Position numbers and translations under genes: made by a program. 64,000 nucleotides of DNA from Candidatus Heimdallarchaeum endolithica (GTDB lineage Archaea > Asgardarchaeota > Heimdallarchaeia > Heimdallarchaeales > Heimdallarchaeaceae), in NCBI GenBank assembly GCA_021513715.1, contig CP084167.1:288001-352000 (forward strand), in the 5' to 3' direction. Under the pieces are notes generated by a model. That model was not told where the DNA came from, searched no databases, and saw nothing but the letters and a program-made list of their open reading frames with translations. Of this stretch, positions 10,228 through 20,867 are shown one piece after another. Each line of letters begins with the position of its first letter. Positions within the stretch are counted from its first letter, which is position 1.

Positions 10228-11718
10228 ATGAAAAATAAAAAATTATTTATTGGAGCTATAATTGTGTCGCTATTGGTAATTGCAGTACCTACTGTGACAA
10301 ATGCAGAAAACCAATTATTGGATAATAATGCACGAGCAACTCAAGAAACTTACATTCTTGAGAGTAGCCACCCATATAGTAATAACTATGATCATACTTG
10401 GACTATTACTAAACCTGGTGCAACTAGCATTAAAGTTCATTTTACATATATTGAAGTTGAAACTAATTACGACTACTTATATGTCTATGACTATGCAGGA
10501 AATACATTACACAAATTAACAGGAACATATTCAAGTGGAGGGTGGAGTGCAGTTTCTAATGGGGACACAATTAAAATCAGGCTAGTTACAGATTACTCTG
10601 TTACAAAATGGGGTTTCAAGATTGACCTTATTGAATATGAAGGTGGTAGCGGAGGAAGTACTGGCGGAGGAGCTCTAAATAATGGACAAACTGTTACAAG
10701 TAGCTTAAGCGCAACTGGAGATAGCGAAATGTGGTACATTGACGTCGATGCTAATGCAATCAGTATGCATTCTGTTTTAACTTGTGGTTCAGCTGATTTT
10801 GATTTATATGGTAGATTAGGTGCTGAACCTACTACAAGTACTTATAACTGGAGAGGATATACTTATGGAGGAGAAGATGTAACCTATGATAATCCAGGAG
10901 AGGGAAGATGGTATATAATGGTTCATTCATATAGTGGATCAGGTGCTTACGATCTCACCGTTACTGTAGAATACAGTAGTGGAGGAAGCACTGGTGATGG
11001 CGTTACTAATTACTACGCTGTTATCGTTGGAATAAGCGATTATGAGGTGATTAGTGACCTCTCCTACTGTGACGAAGATGCAACAGATTGGTATAACTTC
11101 CTTACAGGAACATTAGGTTGGTCATCAACTAACATAAGAGTTTATGGAGACACAAATTCTGGTAACTACCCAATTTACACAGGTTTAGCTACAGAATTCA
11201 ATGTCAAACAAGCTCTAAACTGGCTAGTTGGCACCGCTGATGCAGATGATGTTATTGCTTACATAAGCTCAGGACATGGTTCTGGAGATGGTTCTGGAAG
11301 CTCTTACTTATGCATGTGGGACTGCAACTCTGGAGAAAACGGTGAAGATGGTAGCCTTTATGATACCGAACTAGCTGCAATACTAGATGATGCAGTAGCT
11401 GAGAAAATATTCGTTTTCTTGGATCATTGTTTCAGTGGCGGATTCGGAGATAACTTAATGAACATGCCCAATAAAAGCAACGTTTACTTAACAACAACTT
11501 GCACAGAAAACGGTTATGGATATGATGATCCTACTCATAACAATGGTGCATGGACATATTACTTCTTGGAATACTCTTGGATTAACTACTATGGAGGATC
11601 TTCCTCTACCGCATTAGAAACAATATTCAGCTATGCCCTCAACGCTTATCCTCACAGTGGTGGAGATACTCCTCAACAATTTGACGGAAACACAGGAGCT
11701 TACTTCTATCTGAACTAA
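10228..11718 (+). CDS. Secreted clan CD (caspase/C13-C14-like) protease with CUB-like and PPC domains
   Basis: Signal peptide; ESSHPY..IKVHF..E..YDYL (CUB-like); ADFDLY..EPT..GRWYIMVHSY (PPC); VGISDY, SGHG and DHCFSGG (His/Cys dyad). Confidence 0.8.
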   Translation: MKNKKLFIGAIIVSLLVIAVPTVTNAENQLLDNNARATQETYILESSHPYSNNYDHTWTITKPGATSIKVHFTYIEVETNYDYLYVYDYAGNTLHKLTGTYSSGGWSAVSNGDTIKIRLVTDYSVTKWGFKIDLIEYEGGSGGSTGGGALNNGQTVTSSLSATGDSEMWYIDVDANAISMHSVLTCGSADFDLYGRLGAEPTTSTYNWRGYTYGGEDVTYDNPGEGRWYIMVHSYSGSGAYDLTVTVEYSSGGSTGDGVTNYYAVIVGISDYEVISDLSYCDEDATDWYNFLTGTLGWSSTNIRVYGDTNSGNYPIYTGLATEFNVKQALNWLVGTADADDVIAYISSGHGSGDGSGSSYLCMWDCNSGENGEDGSLYDTELAAILDDAVAEKIFVFLDHCFSGGFGDNLMNMPNKSNVYLTTTCTENGYGYDDPTHNNGAWTYYFLEYSWINYYGGSSSTALETIFSYALNAYPHSGGDTPQQFDGNTGAYFYLN

Positions 11719-11721
11719 TAA

Positions 11722-11742
11722 CTCTTTTTCTTTTTTATTTTT
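11722..11742 (+). terminator. Oligo-T tract, putative archaeal terminator
   Basis: ctctttttcttttttattttt immediately after the protease stop codon. Confidence 0.45.
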
Positions 11743-11801
11743 GATTTAAATTATTTCATTTCAAGGAACTGTTTATTATTTTAAAAAGAGAAATTAAGTT
11801 A

Positions 11802-12419
11802 ATGAAAAATAATTCATTATCTTTTAATGGTCTATACACAGTCAAAAAAAAAGATATTAAAAAAGCTTGTACTGTTCTAACAAGAGCTTTTTTTGAAGAC
11901 CCTTTGTTCAGGTACCTATTTCCTAACACCAAAAAAAGAAAAAAAATTTACTACATGTTCTATGTAAGCTTAAACTATGCAATGAATTATGGATACATTG
12001 TTGCTACATCAAAAAAAATTGAAGGTTTGTTGGTTCTAATTCCCCCAAGAAAAAAGAAAGATAACATATTTGCTTTATTAAAGAGTAAAGGATTTATCAT
12101 CCCTTTTATAATGAATTGGAGAAAACCGATGGAAATGCAAAAGTATATTGATGAAATACATGCAAAAGCAATAAATGTTCAGCACTGGTATTTAAATTCA
12201 ATCGCAGTAGATCCTCCGCACCAGAACAAAGGTTTTGCTTCAAAGTTGCTAAGACCTGTTTTAGATTTCTTTGATACACAAAAAGAAATTTGTTATTTAG
12301 AAACAGAAAACGAGAAAAATATTTCACTTTACGAGCACTTTGGTTTCGAAGTAGCTATTTCTGAAAAGATTCCAAATTCAAATGTTCAGGTATGGGGAAT
12401 GATTAGAAAACCTAAATAA
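11802..12419 (+). CDS. GNAT N-acetyltransferase
   Basis: AFFEDP, WYLNSIAVDPPHQNKGFA, YLET..N.SLYEHFGF. Confidence 0.88.
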   Translation: MKNNSLSFNGLYTVKKKDIKKACTVLTRAFFEDPLFRYLFPNTKKRKKIYYMFYVSLNYAMNYGYIVATSKKIEGLLVLIPPRKKKDNIFALLKSKGFIIPFIMNWRKPMEMQKYIDEIHAKAINVQHWYLNSIAVDPPHQNKGFASKLLRPVLDFFDTQKEICYLETENEKNISLYEHFGFEVAISEKIPNSNVQVWGMIRKPK

Positions 12420-12570
12420 TTTTATTAATTAATTCTTATTTTACTTTAATCGCCAACGATAGAGCTTGCTGTTTTTACTTCGTTCTATAAAGAAAAAATC
12501 AATTGATTGTTTTTAACAAACCAAGTTGAACAATTGATTTAAATATCATTTCTCTTTACTGTATATTTGA

Positions 12571-13638
12571 ATGAACACAAAAACTGACCCAAGAGTTAAA
12601 GAAGCTTACTTATACAAAAAACTCGATGATTCTAAAGTACAATGTCTAACTTGTAACAGATTTTGCATTTTAGAAAAAGGAGAACTAGGTTACTGCAAGG
12701 TAAGAGCGAATTATGAAGGGAAGCTGTATAATATTGAATATTCAGATATTTCAAGCTATAACTTAAATCCAATAGAAAAAAAGCCTGCTTATCATTACTA
12801 TCCAACTTCTACAGCTCTTACACTTGGTTCTTGGGGATGTAATTTTCCTTGCGAATTTTGCCAGAATTTTGAAATTTCAAAACGTCCTCCTCCTCAAGAT
12901 TTTCTTAATTCTAGTTTACTTTCAGTAGAAAGAGTAATTGAAACTATTAGAACGAATCCTGGAATTCAAGGTATTTCTTTTTCTTTCAATGAACCTACAC
13001 TATCATTAGAATATACTGTTGATGTTTTCAAGAATATAGACCCTACCTATTACAAACATTATGTAACAAATGGATATATGTCACCTTATGCTTTAGATTT
13101 ACTCATCGATGCAGGAATGAACGGAATGACAGTCTCTTTTAAAGGACAAAGTGAGAAAATAGAACATATACTTGATGTTAAGCTTGAAAAAATTTGGAAA
13201 AATGTTAAATCAGCTTATCAATCTGATGTTCATATAGAGATCGTTTATTTAGTTATTCCAGAATTTAATGATGAAGAAGAACAAATTATAGAATTCGTAA
13301 AAAAAATAAAAAACAATCTTTCAATTTATACCCCTGTTCATTTTATTAGATACTTCCCACATTACTTGTTTGAAATACCCGCAACGCCAATAGACACTCT
13401 TCAAAAAGTTCATTCTATTGCAAAAAATGAAGGATTAAAGTATGTTTATCTTGGAAATGTCCCTGGTCACCCTCTACAGAATACTTTCTGTCCTAATTGC
13501 GCTGAACTTTTAGTAGAGAGAGATCTTATGTCAGTGACTTATACTAATATGACAGTAGATTTAAAATGCCCTAACTGTTTGGAAGAAATACCTATTTACC
13601 CTTATAGAAGAGTAAACGAAATCAAAAACAAGGATTAA
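12571..13638 (+). CDS. amrS: AmmeMemoRadiSam-type radical SAM enzyme (PflA-like)
   Basis: N-terminal CxxC..C..C, PIEKKP, CNFPCEFC (CxxxCxxC), YVYLGN, C-terminal CPNC. Confidence 0.85.
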   Translation: MNTKTDPRVKEAYLYKKLDDSKVQCLTCNRFCILEKGELGYCKVRANYEGKLYNIEYSDISSYNLNPIEKKPAYHYYPTSTALTLGSWGCNFPCEFCQNFEISKRPPPQDFLNSSLLSVERVIETIRTNPGIQGISFSFNEPTLSLEYTVDVFKNIDPTYYKHYVTNGYMSPYALDLLIDAGMNGMTVSFKGQSEKIEHILDVKLEKIWKNVKSAYQSDVHIEIVYLVIPEFNDEEEQIIEFVKKIKNNLSIYTPVHFIRYFPHYLFEIPATPIDTLQKVHSIAKNEGLKYVYLGNVPGHPLQNTFCPNCAELLVERDLMSVTYTNMTVDLKCPNCLEEIPIYPYRRVNEIKNKD

Positions 13639-13711
13639 TTTTAACAGATTTTTTTAACAAAACAATTACATCTGAAGAGAATAACTAAAATGAAAAAAGA
13701 AAAAGAGAAAA

Positions 13712-16435
13712 TTAGTAATTTTCTTTCGATTTAGATGGTTGAACAGTTAATACAGAAAAAGTCATTGTTGTCACTATAGCAAATTCTACTTCCCAATCAG
13801 CTTTAGCGGTGAAATTCTCCCAGTAACGTGTTCCATCATAATCATATCTTAACTTATAATCTCCTGCTCCAATTCCATAGAACACTGCCCAACCGCTAGA
13901 GTTAGTAACAACAGATTTTCCTGTATAACTTCCAGTATTAGTGTATAGGTATATTCTTCCGTTATTAACATCAGCACCATTAACTGTTAGATGAACGTAT
14001 ATTGTTCCTCCTCCAATGTTGAACTCTTCAATATAACCGTTTGTTGCAGAGAAAACATCAGACCAGAATCTTTTTGCTAGATAATCTACTCTCCATTTGA
14101 AGTCTCCGTCGCCAATACCTGTAAAGTTCAAGTAACCAGTACCATTTAAGTTTCTGTATATTCCAGTATAACTTCCGCTTGAAGTAAAGAGATAAGCTCT
14201 TGGTCCACTTATATCTGTTCCACTTCCGTCAAATACATGTAGCCAAACTATTCCTCCACCAATATTGAAATCTACAATCTTTCCATCTGTTGCAGTAAAT
14301 ACGTTTGACCAGTATCTTTTTGCTAGATAGTCTGCACGTACTTTGTAGTCAGATTCTCCTATACCTTCAAAAACTCCCCAACCAGTGGCATTAGTATTTG
14401 TATACTTACCTGTGTAACTTCCGCTTGAAGTGAAGAGATAGAGACGTACATTAGCAATATCTACACCGTAAGTATTATTCAGATGGACATATATCGTTCC
14501 TCCACCTAGATCAACATCCACAACTAAACCATCACTGGCTGTAAATACATCGCTCCAGAATCTTTTTGCAAGGTAGTCTACTCTGAACTTGTAGTTTCCA
14601 CTGCTTAATGTTGTAAATGTAGCTATTCCTGAAGAATTAGTATTATTATATGTTCCAGTATAACTTCCACTGGCAGTGAAAACATATACTCTTGTATTTG
14701 CTACAGGTACTCCTCCTGCAGTAACATTAGCATAAATTGTTCCTCCTCCAAGTTCGAAGTGGTAAACCATTGTTTCATTAAAGTAAAAGGCATCAGACCA
14801 GTGTCTATCTGCTTGATAATCTACTCTTAATTTGTAATTGGAAGTACCTATTCCAGTGAATGTTACTATTCCTTCACTATTGGTATTACCATACTTACCA
14901 GTATAACTACCGCTGGCAGTGAAAAGATAAACACGAGCGTTAACTAAAGCATTTCCTGCCACAGTGATATTTCCGTAGAGTGTTCCTCCACCTATAGATG
15001 CATTTACTATTAATCCATTTGAAGCAGTAAATACAGGGCTCCAGAATCTTTGAGCAAGATAATCAATTCTTATTTTATAATCTCCAGCAGCTACAGAGCC
15101 GTAAGTAGCTATTCCACTTGTGTTTGTATTTGCATACTTACCAGTATAACTTCCGCTTGAAGTAAATAAGTATGTACGAGTGTTTCTAATCGGGTTACCA
15201 TCAGCATCAGTTACATTAACATATATTGTTCCTCCTCCGACATTAACATCAATAACTGCTCCGTCTGAAGCTCCAAAGGTTTGACTCCATATTCTATAAG
15301 CCAAGTAATCTACTCTAAATTTGTAGTTTGTTCCCCCTGGAACTGCAGAAAATTCAGCATAACCAGTAGAGTTGGTGTTAGCATATTTTCCAGTATAACT
15401 CCCGCTTTCTCTGAAGAGATAAACTCTTGTATTGGATATAGGATTATTTCCTCCATCAATTACATGAGCATACACTGTACCTCCTCCAGTATCAATTTCA
15501 ACATAAGTAGTATTGGGGAAGTTTATATTTTCTGAATAGTATATTATTCCAGAAACATCTGCTCTAATTTTATATAATCCATCATCAAGAGAATAAGTAG
15601 CTAACCCATCGCTATTAGTATCAGAGTATTCATTTAAATAATGACCATAAGTATCATACAAATAAGTTCTTACTCCACTTAAAGGTGTTGTACCTGACTT
15701 AACTTTAACAGTCAAAGTTCCTCCTGAAATTTCTAAATGCAATTGTGGAGTTCCTGGATGAATAAAAACGTCAGTGGTATAGAATTGCAGTCCTGATTGT
15801 GCTTTAGCATAATAAGTCCCTGGGAATAGATAAGTATTAGAAACACCACTCACAGAAGTTGGTTCTCCCGTATAAGCAAATTCTCCTGTAGAATAGTAGA
15901 AATAGATATTTGAACCTACTACTGGATCACCAGAAGAATCAGTGAATTCAATAGATAATGGTTCTCCTTGTTCAACTGTAATTGTCCCAATTTCCAAACC
16001 TACAATATATTGATCATTTATTAGTGTTAAAATTAGACTTGAACCATCATCTATTTCATCAACATCATCTACAGCTGCTCTCATTCTTAACAGAACACGT
16101 TCATTTACATCTATTGTTCCATTTACATTATCCATTAGCACCCAAGTATAGAAATTAGAGGAACTATCTTTGGAAGCTGCAATAGTTATATTTGTAACAT
16201 TAAACATGCTTCCGCCTATATTTCCAACTTGGACAGTTATATAGTCACATTTTCCATCATTATCGTAATCCATAAACAAAGGTGCTGAAGTCTCATCAAT
16301 GTATAACTCAGGAGCATTTCTTTGATTTACCATTGGAAGTACAACTAGAAAAACAATTGCAGTTGCAGCTAAGGTAAGACCAAGTATCAGAACAACTGCA
16401 ATTACAGGAGAAACTCCTCTCTTCTTCCTAAACAT
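13712..16435 (-). CDS. Very large archaeal type IV pilin-like adhesin with ~9 tandem prealbumin/Cna-B-like repeats
   Basis: Class III signal KKRG/VSPVIAVVLILGLT; ~83-aa repeats GGGT..RVYLFTxSGSYTGKY.NTN.SG..YKxRVDY. ATG at 16435 lies 1 nt after the upstream stop (alternative start 16444). Confidence 0.8.
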   Translation of the reverse strand: MFRKKRGVSPVIAVVLILGLTLAATAIVFLVVLPMVNQRNAPELYIDETSAPLFMDYDNDGKCDYITVQVGNIGGSMFNVTNITIAASKDSSSNFYTWVLMDNVNGTIDVNERVLLRMRAAVDDVDEIDDGSSLILTLINDQYIVGLEIGTITVEQGEPLSIEFTDSSGDPVVGSNIYFYYSTGEFAYTGEPTSVSGVSNTYLFPGTYYAKAQSGLQFYTTDVFIHPGTPQLHLEISGGTLTVKVKSGTTPLSGVRTYLYDTYGHYLNEYSDTNSDGLATYSLDDGLYKIRADVSGIIYYSENINFPNTTYVEIDTGGGTVYAHVIDGGNNPISNTRVYLFRESGSYTGKYANTNSTGYAEFSAVPGGTNYKFRVDYLAYRIWSQTFGASDGAVIDVNVGGGTIYVNVTDADGNPIRNTRTYLFTSSGSYTGKYANTNTSGIATYGSVAAGDYKIRIDYLAQRFWSPVFTASNGLIVNASIGGGTLYGNITVAGNALVNARVYLFTASGSYTGKYGNTNSEGIVTFTGIGTSNYKLRVDYQADRHWSDAFYFNETMVYHFELGGGTIYANVTAGGVPVANTRVYVFTASGSYTGTYNNTNSSGIATFTTLSSGNYKFRVDYLAKRFWSDVFTASDGLVVDVDLGGGTIYVHLNNTYGVDIANVRLYLFTSSGSYTGKYTNTNATGWGVFEGIGESDYKVRADYLAKRYWSNVFTATDGKIVDFNIGGGIVWLHVFDGSGTDISGPRAYLFTSSGSYTGIYRNLNGTGYLNFTGIGDGDFKWRVDYLAKRFWSDVFSATNGYIEEFNIGGGTIYVHLTVNGADVNNGRIYLYTNTGSYTGKSVVTNSSGWAVFYGIGAGDYKLRYDYDGTRYWENFTAKADWEVEFAIVTTMTFSVLTVQPSKSKENY

Positions 16436-16436
16436 A

Positions 16437-18293
16437 TTATACACCTCGTCTACTAATTAAGAAGTAACCTAAACCTCCTAATAGAACCACTCCTCCAAGT
16501 GCTCCAAGAAGGATACCTAGTTTAGTCATTGTAGACAATCCTCCTGTAGGAGTATTAGTTTGTATAGGTTCTGTTCCTCCAGTACTAACTGGATTAACTA
16601 ATATAGTAACTGTTTCTTGTTCTGAAGAATCATATCCTGGAAGAGCAGCGTTAATGGTAAAAGTATAATTCTTAGCTGTTGTTACTGTCATATCTTCTGT
16701 TATCCATACAAAAATAACATATCCGGTGGAATTTGTTTCTAAAGAAGCGATCTGGTTTCCACTACTAGCAAAAGAGCCAGCTAAAGCTGTTATAGTTACT
16801 GTAGCTCCTTCTACTCCTTTATCTCCTGCGCTTACATAAACAATAAAGGTTACATTTTCTCCTTGAGTTATAGTTGTTTTATCAGGAGTTGTGATTGAAC
16901 TAAGTTTAAGGATAACAGGGTTTACATGAATATCTATTGAATCTTCTTCAGAGTTATAATATTCTTTAACAATACTTATTGTTATAGGATAATCTTGTCC
17001 ATTTGGTATTGGGGGAGATAAATCAGTTGTATTCCATATTACAGAAGCTATTCCCTCAGATGAGGTGTTAATTTTTGCAGTTATAGCGTCAAAACCCACA
17101 AATTCTCCTTCCATAGCATTAAAAGTAATTTCAGCTTCTTCTACAGCATCACCTAATTCATTAGTCAGAGTTACTGTTAGTTCTACTGGTTCCCCAGCAA
17201 TTATCTCTGAAGCATTGGTAACTAAATCTATCGTAAAGTTATGAACTACTGGATTAACAGTTATTGTTATTTCATTAAGATCCTCTGTTGCTAGAGTATT
17301 ATCAACAGAAACTGTTCCTGAGAGTATAATATCAATAGCATTTGAAACATCAGGAGCTATCCATTCTGTTTCAAATTTACCAGAAGAGTTAGTATATCCT
17401 GTAATATCTTTGCCATCATTAGCAAAATGCCCATCAAGAGCGTCTAACTCCACTTTGGCATTAGAAATAACACCCAAACCTCCCTCTGCAGTAACGACAA
17501 TAGAAACATGCGCTCCTCCTCCAACGTCTGTACTTGAAGCTGTCATGGTTGAACTACTTAAATCAAGTTCATTAACATGAATAGTTCCTGTCAAATCTTT
17601 AGTAGCAGTAGAGCCACTATATGTAATTGATGCTGTAAAGTTAACGTAGTTAAGTTCGGAGACTAAAGTTGTTAAATCAGCGTTCCAAATAACTTGAACT
17701 TTTCCATCAGACCCTGTTTGAACATCTATTTCAAAAGTATCAGAGTCAGGAAAAATACCGTCATCACAAGTTAGATGAACAGAGGCTTCTGCTATAGTTC
17801 CATATGTACCTTTTGCAGTTATTTTAATAGTAGAATTTTGTGTTTCATACACTGGATCTGGGTCAACTGTTATTGTGCTTTCATCAAAAGAAAGTGGATA
17901 AACTGTCACATTTAGTTCTTTTGTAGATGTATCACTTCCAGAAGTGAATACGGCAGTTATTGTAACTTCTTTTTCTTCTATTGCACTTTTAGCTTCAGGA
18001 GCTTTCCAGTCCGCAGAAGCAACACCATTGGTATCTGTAGTTAAGATTATGTACTTCATTTCATTTTCGACAAAAGAGCCTTCTTCTGCTGAGATATTTA
18101 CCTTTACTCCTCCAAGAGCTGTACCTGCTCCATTCTTTGAAGTTACTTTAATAGTTGTTATTTGAAATTCGTAAATATCAGACGGTGAAGCTTGAATTAT
18201 TGAACCTGAAACATCAGCCGCGTAAACAGATCCAGAGAAGATGAGAAAACTAGAAACCACTAAATAGATTAATATAATATTTCCTTTATTCAT
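16437..18293 (-). CDS. Membrane-anchored Ig-like (Big_1/invasin-type) repeat surface protein
   Basis: Signal peptide, ~5 repeats (AxV.L.A..G.F...T...G.....W.AP), Thr/Pro-rich linker, C-terminal TM ending SRRGV. Confidence 0.75.
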   Translation of the reverse strand: MNKGNIILIYLVVSSFLIFSGSVYAADVSGSIIQASPSDIYEFQITTIKVTSKNGAGTALGGVKVNISAEEGSFVENEMKYIILTTDTNGVASADWKAPEAKSAIEEKEVTITAVFTSGSDTSTKELNVTVYPLSFDESTITVDPDPVYETQNSTIKITAKGTYGTIAEASVHLTCDDGIFPDSDTFEIDVQTGSDGKVQVIWNADLTTLVSELNYVNFTASITYSGSTATKDLTGTIHVNELDLSSSTMTASSTDVGGGAHVSIVVTAEGGLGVISNAKVELDALDGHFANDGKDITGYTNSSGKFETEWIAPDVSNAIDIILSGTVSVDNTLATEDLNEITITVNPVVHNFTIDLVTNASEIIAGEPVELTVTLTNELGDAVEEAEITFNAMEGEFVGFDAITAKINTSSEGIASVIWNTTDLSPPIPNGQDYPITISIVKEYYNSEEDSIDIHVNPVILKLSSITTPDKTTITQGENVTFIVYVSAGDKGVEGATVTITALAGSFASSGNQIASLETNSTGYVIFVWITEDMTVTTAKNYTFTINAALPGYDSSEQETVTILVNPVSTGGTEPIQTNTPTGGLSTMTKLGILLGALGGVVLLGGLGYFLISRRGV

Positions 18294-18426
18294 AAAATCA
18301 TCTCTGAAATTTCTATATAATGGTATATCAAAAACATATTTAATTATTTGTTCAAAGGCAAAAGTAATTCACATAAAAAAGATAATTTACCCAAAAATTT
18401 TTGAAAAATGGGACACAATAAAATTT

Positions 18427-19782
18427 ATGGAACTAGTAATAAGAGGGAAATATGCTCTCTATTTCTCATCAGATTCAAAACTCCATTTTATTGAAGATCC
18501 TGGAATAATAATAGAACAAGACAAAATTGTAAATATTGGAAAATATTCAGAAGTAAAAAAAGATATCGTTGGACATGATAAAGTGGGAGATAAAAATCAA
18601 TTACTTATTCCTGGATTAATTAATGGTCATACACATTTGGCGATGACTTTGTTTAGAGGAATAGCTGATGATTTACCTCTTAATATCTGGCTTCAAGATC
18701 ATATATGGCCAATGGAAAGAAATTTGAATGCAGAAGATGTTTATTATGGTGCCAAATTAGGAGCTATAGAATCTTTACTTGCAGGAGTAACTACAATCAA
18801 TTCAATGTATTGGTATCCTGAAGAAGAAGCAAAGGCAATTAAAGATACTTTAATGAGAGGAATGGTTGGTCCTCCTGTTATTTCAGGAATGAATAATCTA
18901 AAAAAATCTCTTTCTATTGCGACTAATCTTCATAATTCAGAGAAAGGAAGAATTCGAGCTACTTTATCATTGCATTCTCCTTATACAGTTACAATTTCTG
19001 ACTTTGTTGAAGCAAATGAATATATTCTAAACAGAAATCAAGAATGCGAAGATGAAGACAAATTACTCATACATACACATTTAGCAGAACCAGAAGATGA
19101 ATTAGCTCAAGCCAAAAAATTTAACCTCAATAAAAATGAAGATTTCCCAGATGTCAATTCTTCAATAGATTTAATGGAAAAAATAGGATTATTACATGAA
19201 TACCTATTAACAGCCCACTGCATTCATATTTCAAGAGAAGATATCATTAAACTTCAAAAAAACAAAGTTAGAGTTATTGTAAATCCTCTATCTAACTCAA
19301 AACTTGGAAATCATATGCCCCCACTGGATAAGATGATAAGAAAAATAGAAAATTTGGGATTAGGAACTGATGGACCAGCAAGTAACAATACTTTAAATGT
19401 TTTTGATACTGTTAGATATATAGCTTTATTTTATAAGGGGTTACTTTCTGATCCTGAAATAATAAAAGCAAAGGAAACATTTTGGTTAGCTACGATTGGA
19501 GGAGCAAAAGCTTTAAGATGGAAGGGCATAGGAAGTTTAGAGCAAGATTCACTTGCAGATATCGTTACAATTGATCTTAAAAAACCACATTTAACTCCCA
19601 CTATCTCTTCTGATTCATTGTTGAGTCATTTTGCTTATTCAATGAATGGTTCAGAAATAAAAAACGTAATTGTTAATGGAAAATTGGTTATTAAAAATTA
19701 TGATTTTGATTCTATTATTATTGAAAAAGTGCTAGAAGAAGTAGAGAAAAAAACATTAAAACTACTAAAAAAAGAAGAATAG
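18427..19782 (+). CDS. Metal-dependent amidohydrolase (MtaD/SAH-MTA deaminase-like)
   Basis: PGLINGHTHLAMTLFRG, HSPYT, HTHLAE, AHCIH, LGTDG, ATIGGAKAL. Confidence 0.88.
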   Translation: MELVIRGKYALYFSSDSKLHFIEDPGIIIEQDKIVNIGKYSEVKKDIVGHDKVGDKNQLLIPGLINGHTHLAMTLFRGIADDLPLNIWLQDHIWPMERNLNAEDVYYGAKLGAIESLLAGVTTINSMYWYPEEEAKAIKDTLMRGMVGPPVISGMNNLKKSLSIATNLHNSEKGRIRATLSLHSPYTVTISDFVEANEYILNRNQECEDEDKLLIHTHLAEPEDELAQAKKFNLNKNEDFPDVNSSIDLMEKIGLLHEYLLTAHCIHISREDIIKLQKNKVRVIVNPLSNSKLGNHMPPLDKMIRKIENLGLGTDGPASNNTLNVFDTVRYIALFYKGLLSDPEIIKAKETFWLATIGGAKALRWKGIGSLEQDSLADIVTIDLKKPHLTPTISSDSLLSHFAYSMNGSEIKNVIVNGKLVIKNYDFDSIIIEKVLEEVEKKTLKLLKKEE

Positions 19783-19809
19783 ACTAGTTGGTTTTTTATT
19801 AATCAATTT

Positions 19810-20727
19810 TTAATTCTTTTTCTTTATTATTTTTTTTAAGTGGCTTAAACTTAATAAAACGATAGCAAAAACTGTTAAACAAATTGCAATAGCCAGAATA
19901 AATTTAGAAAGCAAAGGAATTGGTTGCCATTCGTTTAATAAAATACCAGCAAAACAGATAGGTAAAATGGTTACTAGCCCATTATATATTGCCATAGAAG
20001 TTGAAACCTTTCCATATTTAAAAGCTATTTGAAGGACTAATGTAGAAATAACTGCAGTAATAATTAATAAAACTAAATAAACAAATAACAAAAAAAGATT
20101 TGTTAAACCATAATCATAAATTAAAGAACCTATGCCTTTAACTATAATTGCTTGAACTCCAGCAGCTAATCCAGAAATCAAAGCTAAGGAAATTAATTTC
20201 AAGTTATCTTTTTTAGAAGATATTGAAACAAGAGCACAAAGCAGAAATAATATTAAAATACTTATTCCCAAAAATAGACCTTTAAGCGATATAACGGAAT
20301 TTATCCATTCATTGTGGGTAATTGTAATTGAATATCTACTTGTAATAATTGAAGATAAACTTATACCTATTATAGCAGAAACAATTGCACATAATTCAAC
20401 TGCACTAATTTTTTCTTTAACTCTAACATGTGCATATATAGCTAACACAACTAGTCCAAAACCAGATAATGGTGAGATAGCTACTAAAGGAACCCAGATC
20501 AAAGCAATATAATAAAATGGAACGCTTAAAAAAGTCAAAAAAAGCCCAGCTAACCATCTTTTTTCTTTAATTAAACGCTTCAAGTATTTTAAAAATGGTT
20601 TCTTATCTCTTTCATTTATTTTATCAACAACCTCTTTTTCTAAAGCAAAACCCAAGTTATAAGCTGCATAAGAGATCAATCCGAAAATTATTGCAAGTAT
20701 AAAAGTTATAGAAACCATTAAATTCAA
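19810..20727 (-). CDS. DMT-superfamily membrane protein (NIPA-like)
   Basis: ~9 hydrophobic helices; WLAGL, PLVAISPL..LVV, KEKIS..E. Confidence 0.65.
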   Translation of the reverse strand: MNLMVSITFILAIIFGLISYAAYNLGFALEKEVVDKINERDKKPFLKYLKRLIKEKRWLAGLFLTFLSVPFYYIALIWVPLVAISPLSGFGLVVLAIYAHVRVKEKISAVELCAIVSAIIGISLSSIITSRYSITITHNEWINSVISLKGLFLGISILILFLLCALVSISSKKDNLKLISLALISGLAAGVQAIIVKGIGSLIYDYGLTNLFLLFVYLVLLIITAVISTLVLQIAFKYGKVSTSMAIYNGLVTILPICFAGILLNEWQPIPLLSKFILAIAICLTVFAIVLLSLSHLKKIIKKKN

Positions 20728-20867
20728 ATTTCGATAGGCTTTTTTACTTTTTCTAAAGAGTAAAGCAATAGAGTCTAGTTTCTTCTGATAAAAATGTTTG
20801 AGGAAACGCTAATAGTAAGATATGATCATTCAAAAACTATCTATTTTTTTTAAGAGATGCAGAGTCC

